Shown here: positions 53,566-64,000 of the stretch, piece after piece | Layout of the letters: every line of letters starts with the position of its first letter | How positions within the stretch are numbered: position 1 is the first letter of the stretch | Source: Octopus vulgaris | Lineage: Eukaryota | Assembly: GCA_951406725.2 (NCBI GenBank) | Contig: OX597831.1 | Coordinates: 1,984,001 to 2,048,000, forward strand | Length of the DNA stretch: 64,000 nt | Reading direction: 5' to 3' | Program-made: the position numbers and the translations under genes | The notes under the pieces: generated by a model | What the model saw: only the letters and a program-made list of their open reading frames with translations | What the model was told of the DNA's origin: nothing | Database searches by the model: none

Positions 53566-54307
53566 AGATAAATTAAATATAGAGATATTTTATTGACAAT
53601 CCAATAATTTATTTATAATATCACGTTAAATACTATGAATATAATATATAACATAATATTTACTGATTGCGGCCATGCTGGAGCACCGCCTTTAGTCGAG
53701 GAAATCGACCCCCAGGACTTATTCTTTGGAAGCCTAGTACTTATTCTATCGGTCTCTTTTGCTGAACCGCTAAGTTACGGGGACGTAAATACACCAGCAT
53801 CGGTTGTCAAGCGATGTTGGGGGGAATGTGGCACTCCTGCCAGTGGAACATTAAAAGCTCCATCTGACAGACACACAAACATATACACACACATACATGT
53901 ATATATATATATATACATATATACGACGGGCTTCTTTCAGTTTCCGTCTACCAAATCCATTCACAAGGCTTTGGTCGGCCCAAGACTATATTAGAAGACA
54001 CTTGCCCAAGGTGCCACACACTGGGACTGAACCCGGAACCATGTGGTTGGTAAGCAAGCTACTTACCACTGCACCTGTTTTTTCTGATGTACATAATCAC
54101 AGTTCCATTATATATAATGGAACTGTGATTACGTATGTCAGTAAAAATATATATAAGTCAAAATAATTTGTTGGCCTTTTATGGTTTTTATAATTATTTA
54201 TATAATATTATATTATGCTATGCTATATATTGTATTCATAGTATTTAATGTAATATTGTAATATAAATAAATTATTGGATTGTCAATAAAATATCTCTAA
54301 TTTATCT
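53566..54307. repeat. AT-rich foldback element with a central 58-bp palindrome, interrupted by a SINE
   Basis: 53566-53660 is an inverted copy of 54208-54307; palindrome at 54084-54141. Confidence 0.8.
53667..54075 (-). mobile_element. SINE family A with a 45-bp foreign insert
   Basis: Consensus match except 53823-53867. Confidence 0.9.
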
Positions 54308-54369
54308 GTATTATTGAATTATACCAATATTTATGTGGTATCCAACTGAAGTACCAGTGAATTGGATGT

Positions 54370-54597
54370 TTAACCCTTTCATTACCAACCCGGCTGAAAC
54401 CGGCTCTGGCTCTGAGTACAAATGTCTTGTTTCCATAAGTTTTGAATTAAAATCTTCCACCAAACCTTAGTCACAATTTATGTTCCTAACACTAGCTGAA
54501 TGATAACTAAATTATTTTATTAAATTCTTTGTTATATTTGAAGTAATCGAAAGAAACACAGAGCATTTCAAAAGAAATACAGTAACGAAAGGGTTAA
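54370..54597. mobile_element. piggyBac-like MITE
   Basis: TTAA|CCCTTTCATTAC...GTAACGAAAGGG|TTAA. Confidence 0.9.
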
Positions 54598-56055
54598 CAC
54601 ACTCCTTTGAAGGATTTCTTTTCTTCAGTTTGTGTTTTCTTATGTCTTCACAGATGTGTGATAGCTGTGACTAACTGTTACCATCATGCAAGTAATGTCA
54701 TTTCCAATCTTCCATGAAAATATGTGCAGTCATGGGGAAACTGTTGCCTGGAAATAGAAGAGCATCCAGCTGTAGGAAATCTGTCTCACTGAATTCTGTC
54801 TGATCCATACAAGCTCGGAAAAGAGAACATTTTGCTATTTAAACTGGCCAGGTCATACCTCTCAAACCTACCCTACAATGTCACATCATTGAAATCTTGA
54901 AGCTACAAGATAGTGCGTGATTAATTTAAAATAACGTGAATAAATAAATATTACTTTTGACTGAGTGATCTGAATGCTATGATGATGATGATGATGATGA
55001 CAATGGCAATGATGATGATGATGATACAAGAACCATGGGCAAGGGTAGTTGAGTTTGGGACTTCTGGTTATAATAGACATCAAAATATTACAGTATCCTC
55101 AAAACGTTACAAATGTGGATGGCTGTTGACAAAAGAGGCCAACAGAATAAGTTACCAGTTTTTAAAAAAAAAGGTATTAGGGTAGGTTCATTTGACTGAA
55201 AATTCTTCAAGGCAGTGCCCCAGCATGGCTGCAGTTTTAATGACTGACATATTGATATGTGCACTGTTACACACACATGCATACACACATATATACACTC
55301 ACACCTACTCTTTATATTTTCTGTAATTTAGTATTTTATTTAAAAGAAATTTTTTTTTTTGCATGGTACCAGCACTAGGGATGTCACACTGCCTAGTAAC
55401 ATCATTTATGTTGGTGCCATGAAAAAAAAAGAAAGACCCAATACACTCTGTAAAGTGGTTGTTGTTAGGAAGGGCATCCAGCCATTGAAACCTTGCCGAA
55501 GTAGACATTGGAGCATGATGTACTCCTTGGACCTGTTAGATCCTGTTGAAGCATCCAACCCATGCCAACATGGAAGACAAATGTTAAAAGATGATGACGA
55601 TGATGATGATCTTCTTCTTCTTCTTCTTCTTCTTTTTTTCATCTTCTTTTTCTTCTTCTTCTTCTTCTTCTTCTTTTTCTTCTTCTCATTATTATTGTTG
55701 TTGTTGTTATCATCATCATCATCATTATCATCATTATTATTATTAAATATCAAGGATCACACTCTCTCTAATTGGTGTTCACAAAGACTCTATATCCCTT
55801 TATTATAATTTTAATTTTTGTTTTTAAAAGCAAATGCTGCATTGAGACATGCATGCCTTTCTAAAAGGAAATGGAGCATATTGGGTTTTAACTGCTATAA
55901 TTTAAAATTCTATTGCAACCTTGCCCATCCCACCCTGCTTTACGCATACTTCCTGTGTTGCTGAAATCACAGGAAGATCATATATTTGATATACATATTA
56001 TATAACATCAAATATATTGGGTAGTGTTGTTGTTGTTGTTGTTGATGATGCACAG

Positions 56056-56107
56056 GACCGGCTGCATATTACAGAAGTGGGCCACACAAAACTTTCAGTG
56101 AGCCAAG
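56056..56107 (+). CDS. Possible small internal exon (DRLHITEVGHTKLSVSQ)
   Basis: gcacag| ... CAAG|GTGAGA, open frame in unique sequence; speculative. Confidence 0.2.
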
Positions 56108-56376
56108 GTGAGATGTACCGTGAAACATAAGCATATATATAATATAATGAAACCGCAATTCTTGCTAATTACAGTTACCCAGGGTTTTTTATTATTATTA
56201 TTATAACATTATCTTTGCTCTCTTAGCTGACAGACCATAGTTAAGTTCCAGGTTCTGTAATTTTGTAAATAAGGGGTTCAACTTTGGTTCTATGTTAGCG
56301 TGTGTATATAAGAATTGTTTGCATAATGAGATAAAAAAACCCAAGGCTGTGTAGATATTAGAGCATTTATAGATAG

Positions 56377-56428
56377 GTCTTACAGCTGTTTCTAGGATAT
56401 TTATTAATTATATCCCTTCATTGGAGAT
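56377..56428 (-). ncRNA. Minimal type-I hammerhead (decayed core)
   Basis: Minus strand: TCT-CCAATGA-AGGGATAT aattaataa ATATCCTA-GAAA-CAGCTG-TA-AGA; palindromic stem III, GUA cleavage site. Confidence 0.6.
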
Positions 56429-56611
56429 GATGTGAGAGGATGGTTAAGTAGTAGTTAGTTTAGATGGGATACAAAATAGAGAGTGAGGTGGAGGAAAGAA
56501 AATAAATGCAAGATATGTAGGGATATTGAATTTGTAGATCCATTTTTTAGGTGTATATATATATATATACTCCTTGGAACTTTCAGATCCTGTTGAAGCA
56601 TCCAACCTATG

Positions 56612-56770
56612 CTTCTTCTTCTTCTTCTTCTTCTTCTTCTTCTTCTTCTTCTTCTTCTTCTTCTTCTTCTTCTTCTTCTTCTTCTTCTTCTTCTTCTTCT
56701 TCTTCTTCTGCTTCTTCTTTTTCTTCTTCTTCTGCTTCTTCTTTTTCTTCTTTTTCTTCTTCTTCTTCTA
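56612..56770. repeat. (TTC)n microsatellite
   Basis: Seen directly. Confidence 0.97.
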
Positions 56771-56774
56771 TATA

Positions 56775-56813
<39 letters not shown>

Positions 56814-57631
56814 GTGTGTCTTTGTGGCTGAGTTCCCCCCCTCCGCACTTGACAACCAATGTTGGTGTGCTTATATCCCTGTAACTTATCAGTTCAGCAA
56901 AAGTGACCAATAGAATAAGTACTAGGCTTACAAAGAATAGGTCGTGGGGTTAATTTGTTCACCTAAAACCCTTCGTGGTGGTGCTCCGACATAGCCACAG
57001 TCAAATGACTGAAACAAGTAAAAGAATATACACACACACACACACATACACATGCACACACACAGATACACATGCATGCATATATCCGCACATGGTGGGT
57101 GTAGGCACAAGTGTGAGGTCATGAACCTTGCTTCCCAACCAGCTGGTATCAGATTCAGTCCACACATCCACTGCACTAAAAGGTAGGACACACTATTAAA
57201 TAATGTTGTCCTAGATACACAAATGAGTATTGCAGGATTAAGACTGAAATACCTTTGCTTACTATTAATTATTAGTCTGCACAATCAGGGCTGACCTGAA
57301 GCTCCACAACAACAGGAGTAGACAAACAAAGGATCTTCTTATATGACCATTCAATGTACTAGAGATAGTAACCAAACCCTTGATACTATCATCTAAAACA
57401 AAACAAAGAAAAAAACCTATGACATATTGAATAACATAGAACAAGAGATATGTCTTAGAAATATAAACAAGTAGGTGCAGGCATGGCTGTGTGGTAAGAA
57501 GTTTGCTTCCGAACCACATGGTTCTGGGTTCAGTCCCACTGCATGGCACCTTGGGCAAAGTGTTTTCTACTATAGGCCAATGCCAACCAAAGCCTAATAA
57601 GTGGATTTCATAGACAGAAATGAAAAGAAAA

Positions 57632-57757
<126 letters not shown>

Positions 57758-58427
57758 TTATATATGTATACTCTCTCTTTCTCCTTTCAATTTCCTAACC
57801 ATGTGGTCTTGGGTTCAGTCCCACTGAGTGGCATCTTAGGCAAGTGTCTTCTGTTATAGTGTCAAACCAACCAAAGTCTTGTGAGTGGATTTGGTAGATG
57901 GAAACTGAAAGAAGCCCATTATAATATGTATATGTATGTCTTCCCTTTCCTAGGCATCGTATGATAGTTGTAAAAGAGCGTTATCACCGTACAAGCTAGA
58001 TTGTTCATTTACACAACCTTCTATAAAGAAAAAAAAAGATGCCTAGCAATGGGAAAATATTACTTTGCTTAGAAACAGGAGTAGGTTGCTAGCAAGAAGG
58101 GCATCCGACTATAGAAAATATGCTTCAATAAATTCCGTCTGATCTATGCCAGCATGAAAAGTGGATATTAAATGATAATAGTCATGAATATAGTACCATT
58201 TATTAAATGCATTTTGGTTTGAAGGCTTCAGTTGTCTCAAAATGCAAAACACATACATACATATAACACAGAATTGTACACCTTCAATGAAAATAGATAA
58301 TCTACTATAATCCAATATAATAGTAGTAATAATGTTAATGAGATTATTGTATGCAGTGAGCAGGTGCACTACAGCTTGTTGGAATAGAAGAAACTGAAAG
58401 CAAAAGTTAGTTTTTTTTATATTTCAT

Positions 58428-58841
58428 TCTTACTCTTTACTCTTTTACTCTTTTACTTGTTTCAGTCATTTGACTGCGGCCATGCTGGAGCACCGCCTTT
58501 AGTCGAGCAAATCAACCCTGGGACTTATTCTTTGTAAGCCCAGTACTTATTCTATCGGTCTCATTTTGCCGAACCGCTAAGTGACGGGGACATAAACACA
58601 CCAGCATCGGTTGTCAAGCAATGCTAGGGAGACACACACAAACACATATATATATATATATATATATACATATATACGACAGGCTTCTTTCAGTTTCCGT
58701 CTACCAAATCTACTCACAAGGCATTGGTCGGCCCGGGGCTAGAGCAGAAGACACTTGCCCAAGATGCCACGCAGTGGGACTGAACCCGGAACCATGTGGT
58801 TGGTTAGCAAGCTACTTACCACACAGCCACTCCTGCGCCTA
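58428..58841 (-). mobile_element. SINE family A, young full-length copy
   Basis: Intact A/B boxes, (tactcttt)n tail. Confidence 0.92.
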
Positions 58842-59450
58842 TAAAATAATTATATAATAATATATAATTTTAAAAAATGATAATCTAAAAATGCAATTAA
58901 GTTTATTGTGTTTATTTCTGAACCCTCTTGTTACCATATTTTCTATTGAAATATGCTGCCTTTAAGTCAATTAATTTTGTAAATAATGAAGAATTTAATA
59001 AAATAATTTGGCCATTATTAAAATGGTGTTTGGAATATAAATTAACCTTGAATCCTGAAGGTAGGTTTTAATTTAGATCTCTTTGAACTGGATGCTTTTA
59101 TCATAGGTCCAGAGGTGGTCTTAGGCAAAAATTGTTGATAAAAGTGGCTGGACTGACCATTATGCAAAATAAACATATACTTCAGCCATCAAGGGGAGTG
59201 GGACACCATAGAAATGGTAACTGTTTTACAGTACAAAAGAAATCATTTGGAACTTGCTAAAATAATATTTAAATGATTAGAAATATAATTTCAAAGTGTT
59301 CATGGTGTCATAGTGAGGATATAAATAAAATTAGACTATACAAAAATAAACATTATTTTTCTATCTTACTCTGTTGTGTCTGGGGAGAGTCATTTTCTTT
59401 TTGTGCCTTATAATTTGTAAAATTTCCACTTTTTTTTCTTATTTTTATTT

Positions 59451-59490
59451 TCCTAAAATTTTCGTTGCGTCTTGCAACCTTTTCAATAGT
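59451..59490 (-). ncRNA. Minimal hammerhead with compensatory U3-A8 core
   Basis: Minus strand: CTA-TTGAAAA-G-GTTGC aagac GCAAC-GAAA-AT-T-T-TAG; all three stems pair. Confidence 0.55.
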
Positions 59491-59654
59491 TTTGACTCTG
59501 TCTGTTATTTACACTGCATTCCCTTTTTCTATCTTACTGTTTTGTTTCATTTTGAAAAATAAAAATTAATTTTATGGTTTAGTATTGTTTATATTTTGAA
59601 TTACATATATCTAGGGACACTAAAATCTTAAGTTCTTAGGGCCTCTATATGTCT

Positions 59655-59883
59655 TTAACCCTTCTGATACCAATCCAGCTGAAACCGCCTCTGGCTCTGT
59701 AGTCCAAATGTTTTGTTTTCAAAAGTTCTGAATTAAAATATTCCACCAAACTTTAGTCACAATTAATGTTCCTAACACTAGATTATTTTACTAAGTTATT
59801 TTACTAAATTCTTGGCTATATTTTAAATTAATTGAAAGAGAACACAGAGCATCTCAACAGAAATATGGCAACAAAAGGGTTAA
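59655..59883. mobile_element. piggyBac-like MITE
   Basis: TTAACCCTT...AAGGGTTAA. Confidence 0.85.
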
Positions 59884-60066
59884 TCCAGTCCTGAGTATAA
59901 ACGATTGCAGTGTGGAAAGCATAAATTAGCCATTCAAAAACCTACAAAGGCTGTTAACTTCAGTTAAATATTTATTATTTGGTGTCAAATTTCTCATCTC
60001 ATGAACTGTGACCTGACTTGGTCACTGACATGATTTCACTGCATCTCGGCATATTAAATTATTGAA

Positions 60067-60525
60067 AAGCTTCTCTGCTAGTTCCTCAACAGTTACAATG
60101 GGATTTTGTTCCACCAGGGTTTGCAGGACATCCTTGTCAAGCTCTACTGATCTTCCAGGACGAGACTCATCTTGTAGGCTGTAGTCTCTGGCTCAGAATT
60201 TCTGGAACCCCGTTGACACTAGCTTACGCTTATTGTCCAATCCCCATATACTGCATTAATATTCCTTGCACTTTCCATTGCATTGTTGCCTTTATTGAAC
60301 TCATAAAGAAAAATATGCCAAATATGCCCTTTGTCACTTACATTATAGCTTTGAAAAAATAACTGTTAAAATCGAATTGCACTCTTCAAAACTTACACTA
60401 AGAATAAGGACAAGGTAAAATTAATACCTGCTTTTATAGCAATTTGATGCAGGTAGTTTATCCCATCCGATTTTTAGTTCATGCAATTGAAAAAAAAATC
60501 ACTTTATTTATGGGATGACACAATA
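60067..60525 (-). pseudogene. Truncated mariner element: TIR plus decayed transposase N-terminus
   Basis: From ATG 60343: HIWHIFLYEFNKGNNAMESARNINAVYGDWTISVS*CQRGFQKF*..SLQDESRPGRSVELDKDVLQTLVEQNPIVTVEELAEKL; TIR TATTGTGTCATCCCATAAATAA. Confidence 0.9.
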
Positions 60526-60611
60526 CTAGTTGAGCACTGGGGTTGATGTAATCAACTTAGACCTTCCCCTGAAACTGCTGGCTTTGTTCCAAAATTTGAG
60601 ACCAATGTGTC

Positions 60612-60855
60612 CAGTGTTTCTCAACCAGTTTTTACCTATAGATCCCTTTGATTCCTATTTTACATGGAAGGACCCTCAAAGTCTTTCCATGTTTTGAAAA
60701 AATCCCATTATATTTTTGTAATTAAATATTATTAGGGATTGTATCAAAAAATTGTTAAAATGTTTTGTGTATTGTACATGTAAAACCAATTTATTGCCCC
60801 AAAACTTGAGCAATAAAATCTTATATGGACCCTCAAGGGTCATGTTGAGAACTTG
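60612..60855. mobile_element. hAT-type MITE
   Basis: cagtgtttctcaacc...gttgagaac; related to 16567-16918. Confidence 0.7.
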
Positions 60856-62107
60856 TACTATAATTGTTTTAGCTTCAAACACACTGGCTCCGATCAAATC
60901 ACTTGTCTGACATGTCTGCCTCTGAAATATACACTGTACCCATCCCTAATTTTAATCATGATATTAGTATAAAAACATAAAAGAAAGAAAAATGCCTTCT
61001 ATGTATATTTATAAATGGAATTTTATGGTATTTAAGAAAAAAAATTATCTGCCTATTCATAATGACTTTTTTTATCATCATCACACCAGTTAATTTGTTT
61101 ATTACTTAATTTGATATTTTTATGGTTTGTGATGCTCTCTTTCTCATTGCTTTAGTTTGAATAAAATTTGTGTGAATGTGTTACATAGAAGAAAACAGAT
61201 TGACCCAGGTCAGTGCCAATTAAATTGGCCTGTGTCCCCTTCATTTTTAAACATGAGAGGATGTGAACAGAAGGAAATTTACCTGTTATTTCTAGCCCTT
61301 GGAGGGCTGGTGTTTCTTTTAAATCCATAGGTCAGTCCTGATCAAGAGGACCTATGATCAAAGGCATTCTAGACATGACCAACCTGTCTCTAAACATCCA
61401 AGACTACACTGTCTTAATGTGTCTTTTTTTTTTTTTATGTGGTATGATGGGATTTGAGACAGACTTTCCTGCTTTTCCAACCAGGAATCAAAACAAAACT
61501 CAGAAAATTTACCCATTGAAAACTAACTGAGCAGACATTCTACCTGTGATCATCCAGTCTTAATGTATATTTAGAATTACATTTACCAATGTGTCATCAT
61601 CATCATTATCATCATCATTTTATGCCCACTTTTTTATGCTGGCATGGTAGCATGGGTGAGTCATCACAGATTGAACCAGTTTTTATTCAGTTATAGTCTT
61701 CCTAGTTGATGTCAGGAATCACATCTTGGCTGGATGCTAATCTTATCATCAACCACTTTACGCTGTACGAGGTGTATTTTGTCATGGCACCAACACTACA
61801 GAAGTTGTCTTGTCCATGGCATCACTTGACCCCTTGCAGGCAGATTTAGTACTGACAGTCTGTGCTGTGTACCAGTATTAGGCTGTTCAGTAACTACATA
61901 ATTTTTCATACAAGGAATTTTACAGTGTATTTACAGATTCTTCTCAATGTGGTGTATCTGAAAACACTGTGCCACACAGAGTGAGACATCACACTGCTTA
62001 GACACACAGTGTTTCAATGCAGTCAGTACTGCTTTCCATCTGCAATGAGTTAAGAGGCCTTTTTACCTGACACTACCTTAATTTGATTGCTGACCAACCA
62101 CTTTTAT

Positions 62108-62540
62108 GGGCGAAATGCTTAGCGGTATTTTGTCTGCCAAGGCGGCGAGCTGGCAGAAACGTTAGCACGCTGGGCGAAATGCGTAGCCATATTTCATCTG
62201 CCGTTATGTTCTGAGTTCAAATTCCGCCAAGGTCGACTTTGCCTTTCATCCTTTCGGGGTCGATAAATTAAGTACCAGTTACGCACTGGGGTCAAAATAT
62301 AATCAACTTAATTCGTTTGTCTGTCCTTGTTTGTCCTCTCTGTGTTTAGCCCCTTGTGGGTAGTAAAGAAATAGGTATTTTGTCTGCCATTGCATTCTGA
62401 GTTCAAATTCCGCCAAGGTCAACTTTGCCTTTCATTCTTTCAGAGTCAATAACTTAAGTACCAGTGAAACACTGGGGTTGATGTAATCAATTTAACCGCT
62501 CCCTCCAAATTTCAACCCTTGTACCTATAGTAGAAAGGGT
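62108..62540 (+). mobile_element. SINE B (62140-62373) nested in an older SINE B
   Basis: 16-bp TSD ggtattttgtctgcca at 62124 and 62374. Confidence 0.92.
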
Positions 62541-63069
62541 TTATATATATCATCATCATCATCATTTAAGATCTTTTCCATACTGGCATGGGTTGGACAG
62601 TTTAACCAGAGCTGCACCAGGTTTCAGTTTGATTTGACTTCGTTTCTATGGTTGGATGCTCTTCCTGATGCGAACCATTTTACAGAGTGTGCTGGGTGCA
62701 TTTTACATGGACCAGCCCTGGTGCTTTAGAAACACAGAAAATATAATTGGTATTTCTAAGCTTTATATTCTCCATTTCCCAGCATACAATTCAAATTTTT
62801 CAGATCAAAATATACAGCCAAAGATGGTAGGTTGACTTATACACCAAGATGACTTTGGAGGACCAAACATTTCATGAGAAATACAGCAGGATTTGGAAAG
62901 ATAGTGAGGATGTTTGAATGTTTACACTATACAACCTGTCAGCTTGTATGCTGGAAAATATGGTACACACGTTTCCATAGGCCAGTTGATACATTCCCAC
63001 AAGCTGGGCTTCTGGAAACACACTAATTGGCTTGCTGAGATGTGTATATATTATATAAGGCTTAAAAAT

Positions 63070-63476
63070 ACTCTTTACTCTTTTACTTGTTTCAGTCATT
63101 TGACTGCGGCCATGCTGGAGCACTGCCTTTGGTCGAGCAAATCGACCCCAGGGCTTATTCTTTGGAAGCCTAGTACTTATTCTATCGGTCTCTTTTGCCA
63201 AACTGCTAAGTTACGGGAACGTAAACACACCAGCATCAGTTGTCAAGTGATGTTGGGGGGGGGGACAAACACAGACACTCAAACACATACATATATATGA
63301 TGGGCTTCTTTCAGTTTCCGTCTACCAAATCCACTCACAAGGCTTTGGTCGGCCCAAGGCTTTGGTCGGCCCAAGGCTATTGTAGAAGACACTTGCCCAA
63401 GGTGCCACACAGTGGGACTGAACCCAGAACCATGTGGTTGGTAAGCAAGCTACTTACCACACAGCTACTCCTGCGT
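63070..63476 (-). mobile_element. SINE family A
   Basis: Consensus match; internal duplication of aaggctttggtcggccc. Confidence 0.9.
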
Positions 63477-63644
63477 TGCATTTCTTATTAGTATATAACG
63501 TGGCTCAAACTCTACCTGCTAGCATGCCCAGCAATATGATAGTTGTTTTCAAACTGCACAGGATATAGGAGTGGAATGTGGAAGCAGCTCAAACTATTTG
63601 GTAATGTGTCATGCCTTCCAGCACAATTTTAATTTATATCTATA

Positions 63645-64000
63645 TAGGTGGGCACGTAACAAACACCATCCGATCGTAGCCGTTCGCCAGCCTCGTCTGG
63701 CACCTGTGTCGGTGGCACATAAGAAAAACACCAAAAACACCATATCCGAGCGTGGCCGTCTGCCAGCCTCGTCTGGCACCTGTGTCGGTGGCACATAAAA
63801 AACACCATCCGAGCGTGGCCGTCTGCCAGCCTCGTCTGGCACCTGTGTTGCTGGCACATAAAATCACCCAATACACTCTCGGAGTGGTTGGCGTTAGGAA
63901 GGGCATCCAGCTGTAGAAACACTGCCAGATCTGACTGGCCTGGTGTAGCCTTCGGGCTTGCCAGACCCCAGTTGAACCGTCCAACCCATGCTAGCATGGA
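63645..64000 (+). mobile_element. SINE family C with ~63-bp internal tandem repeats
   Basis: Three units of ccgagcgtggccgtctgccagcctcgtctggcacctgtg, then the V-like core; runs off the window. Confidence 0.88.

Overview
AT-rich, microsatellite- and repeat-dense eukaryotic DNA. The SINE families look like those of an octopus (coleoid cephalopod) genome; this is inferred from recalled repeat consensus, not from a search. The window is probably largely intronic, with no complete protein-coding gene. Nearly all listed ORFs come from microsatellites or SINEs. Supported content: dozens of copies of at least five tRNA-derived or ancient SINE families; five non-autonomous Helitrons; piggyBac-like (TTAA), hAT-like and Merlin-like MITEs; a decayed mariner transposase; three LINE ORF2 3' fragments; a probable solo LTR; a 6 x 256-bp tandem array; and foldback elements. 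A + strand gene probably starts near the left edge, and there is a credible internal first coding exon at 48478. The most interesting hidden signal is a set of about 7 minimal type-I hammerhead-ribozyme motifs of the Penelope-associated kind. Several carry variant cores, one has an ~80-nt insert in stem II and one has a compensatory U3-A8 core. Coordinates of degenerate repeats are approximate.
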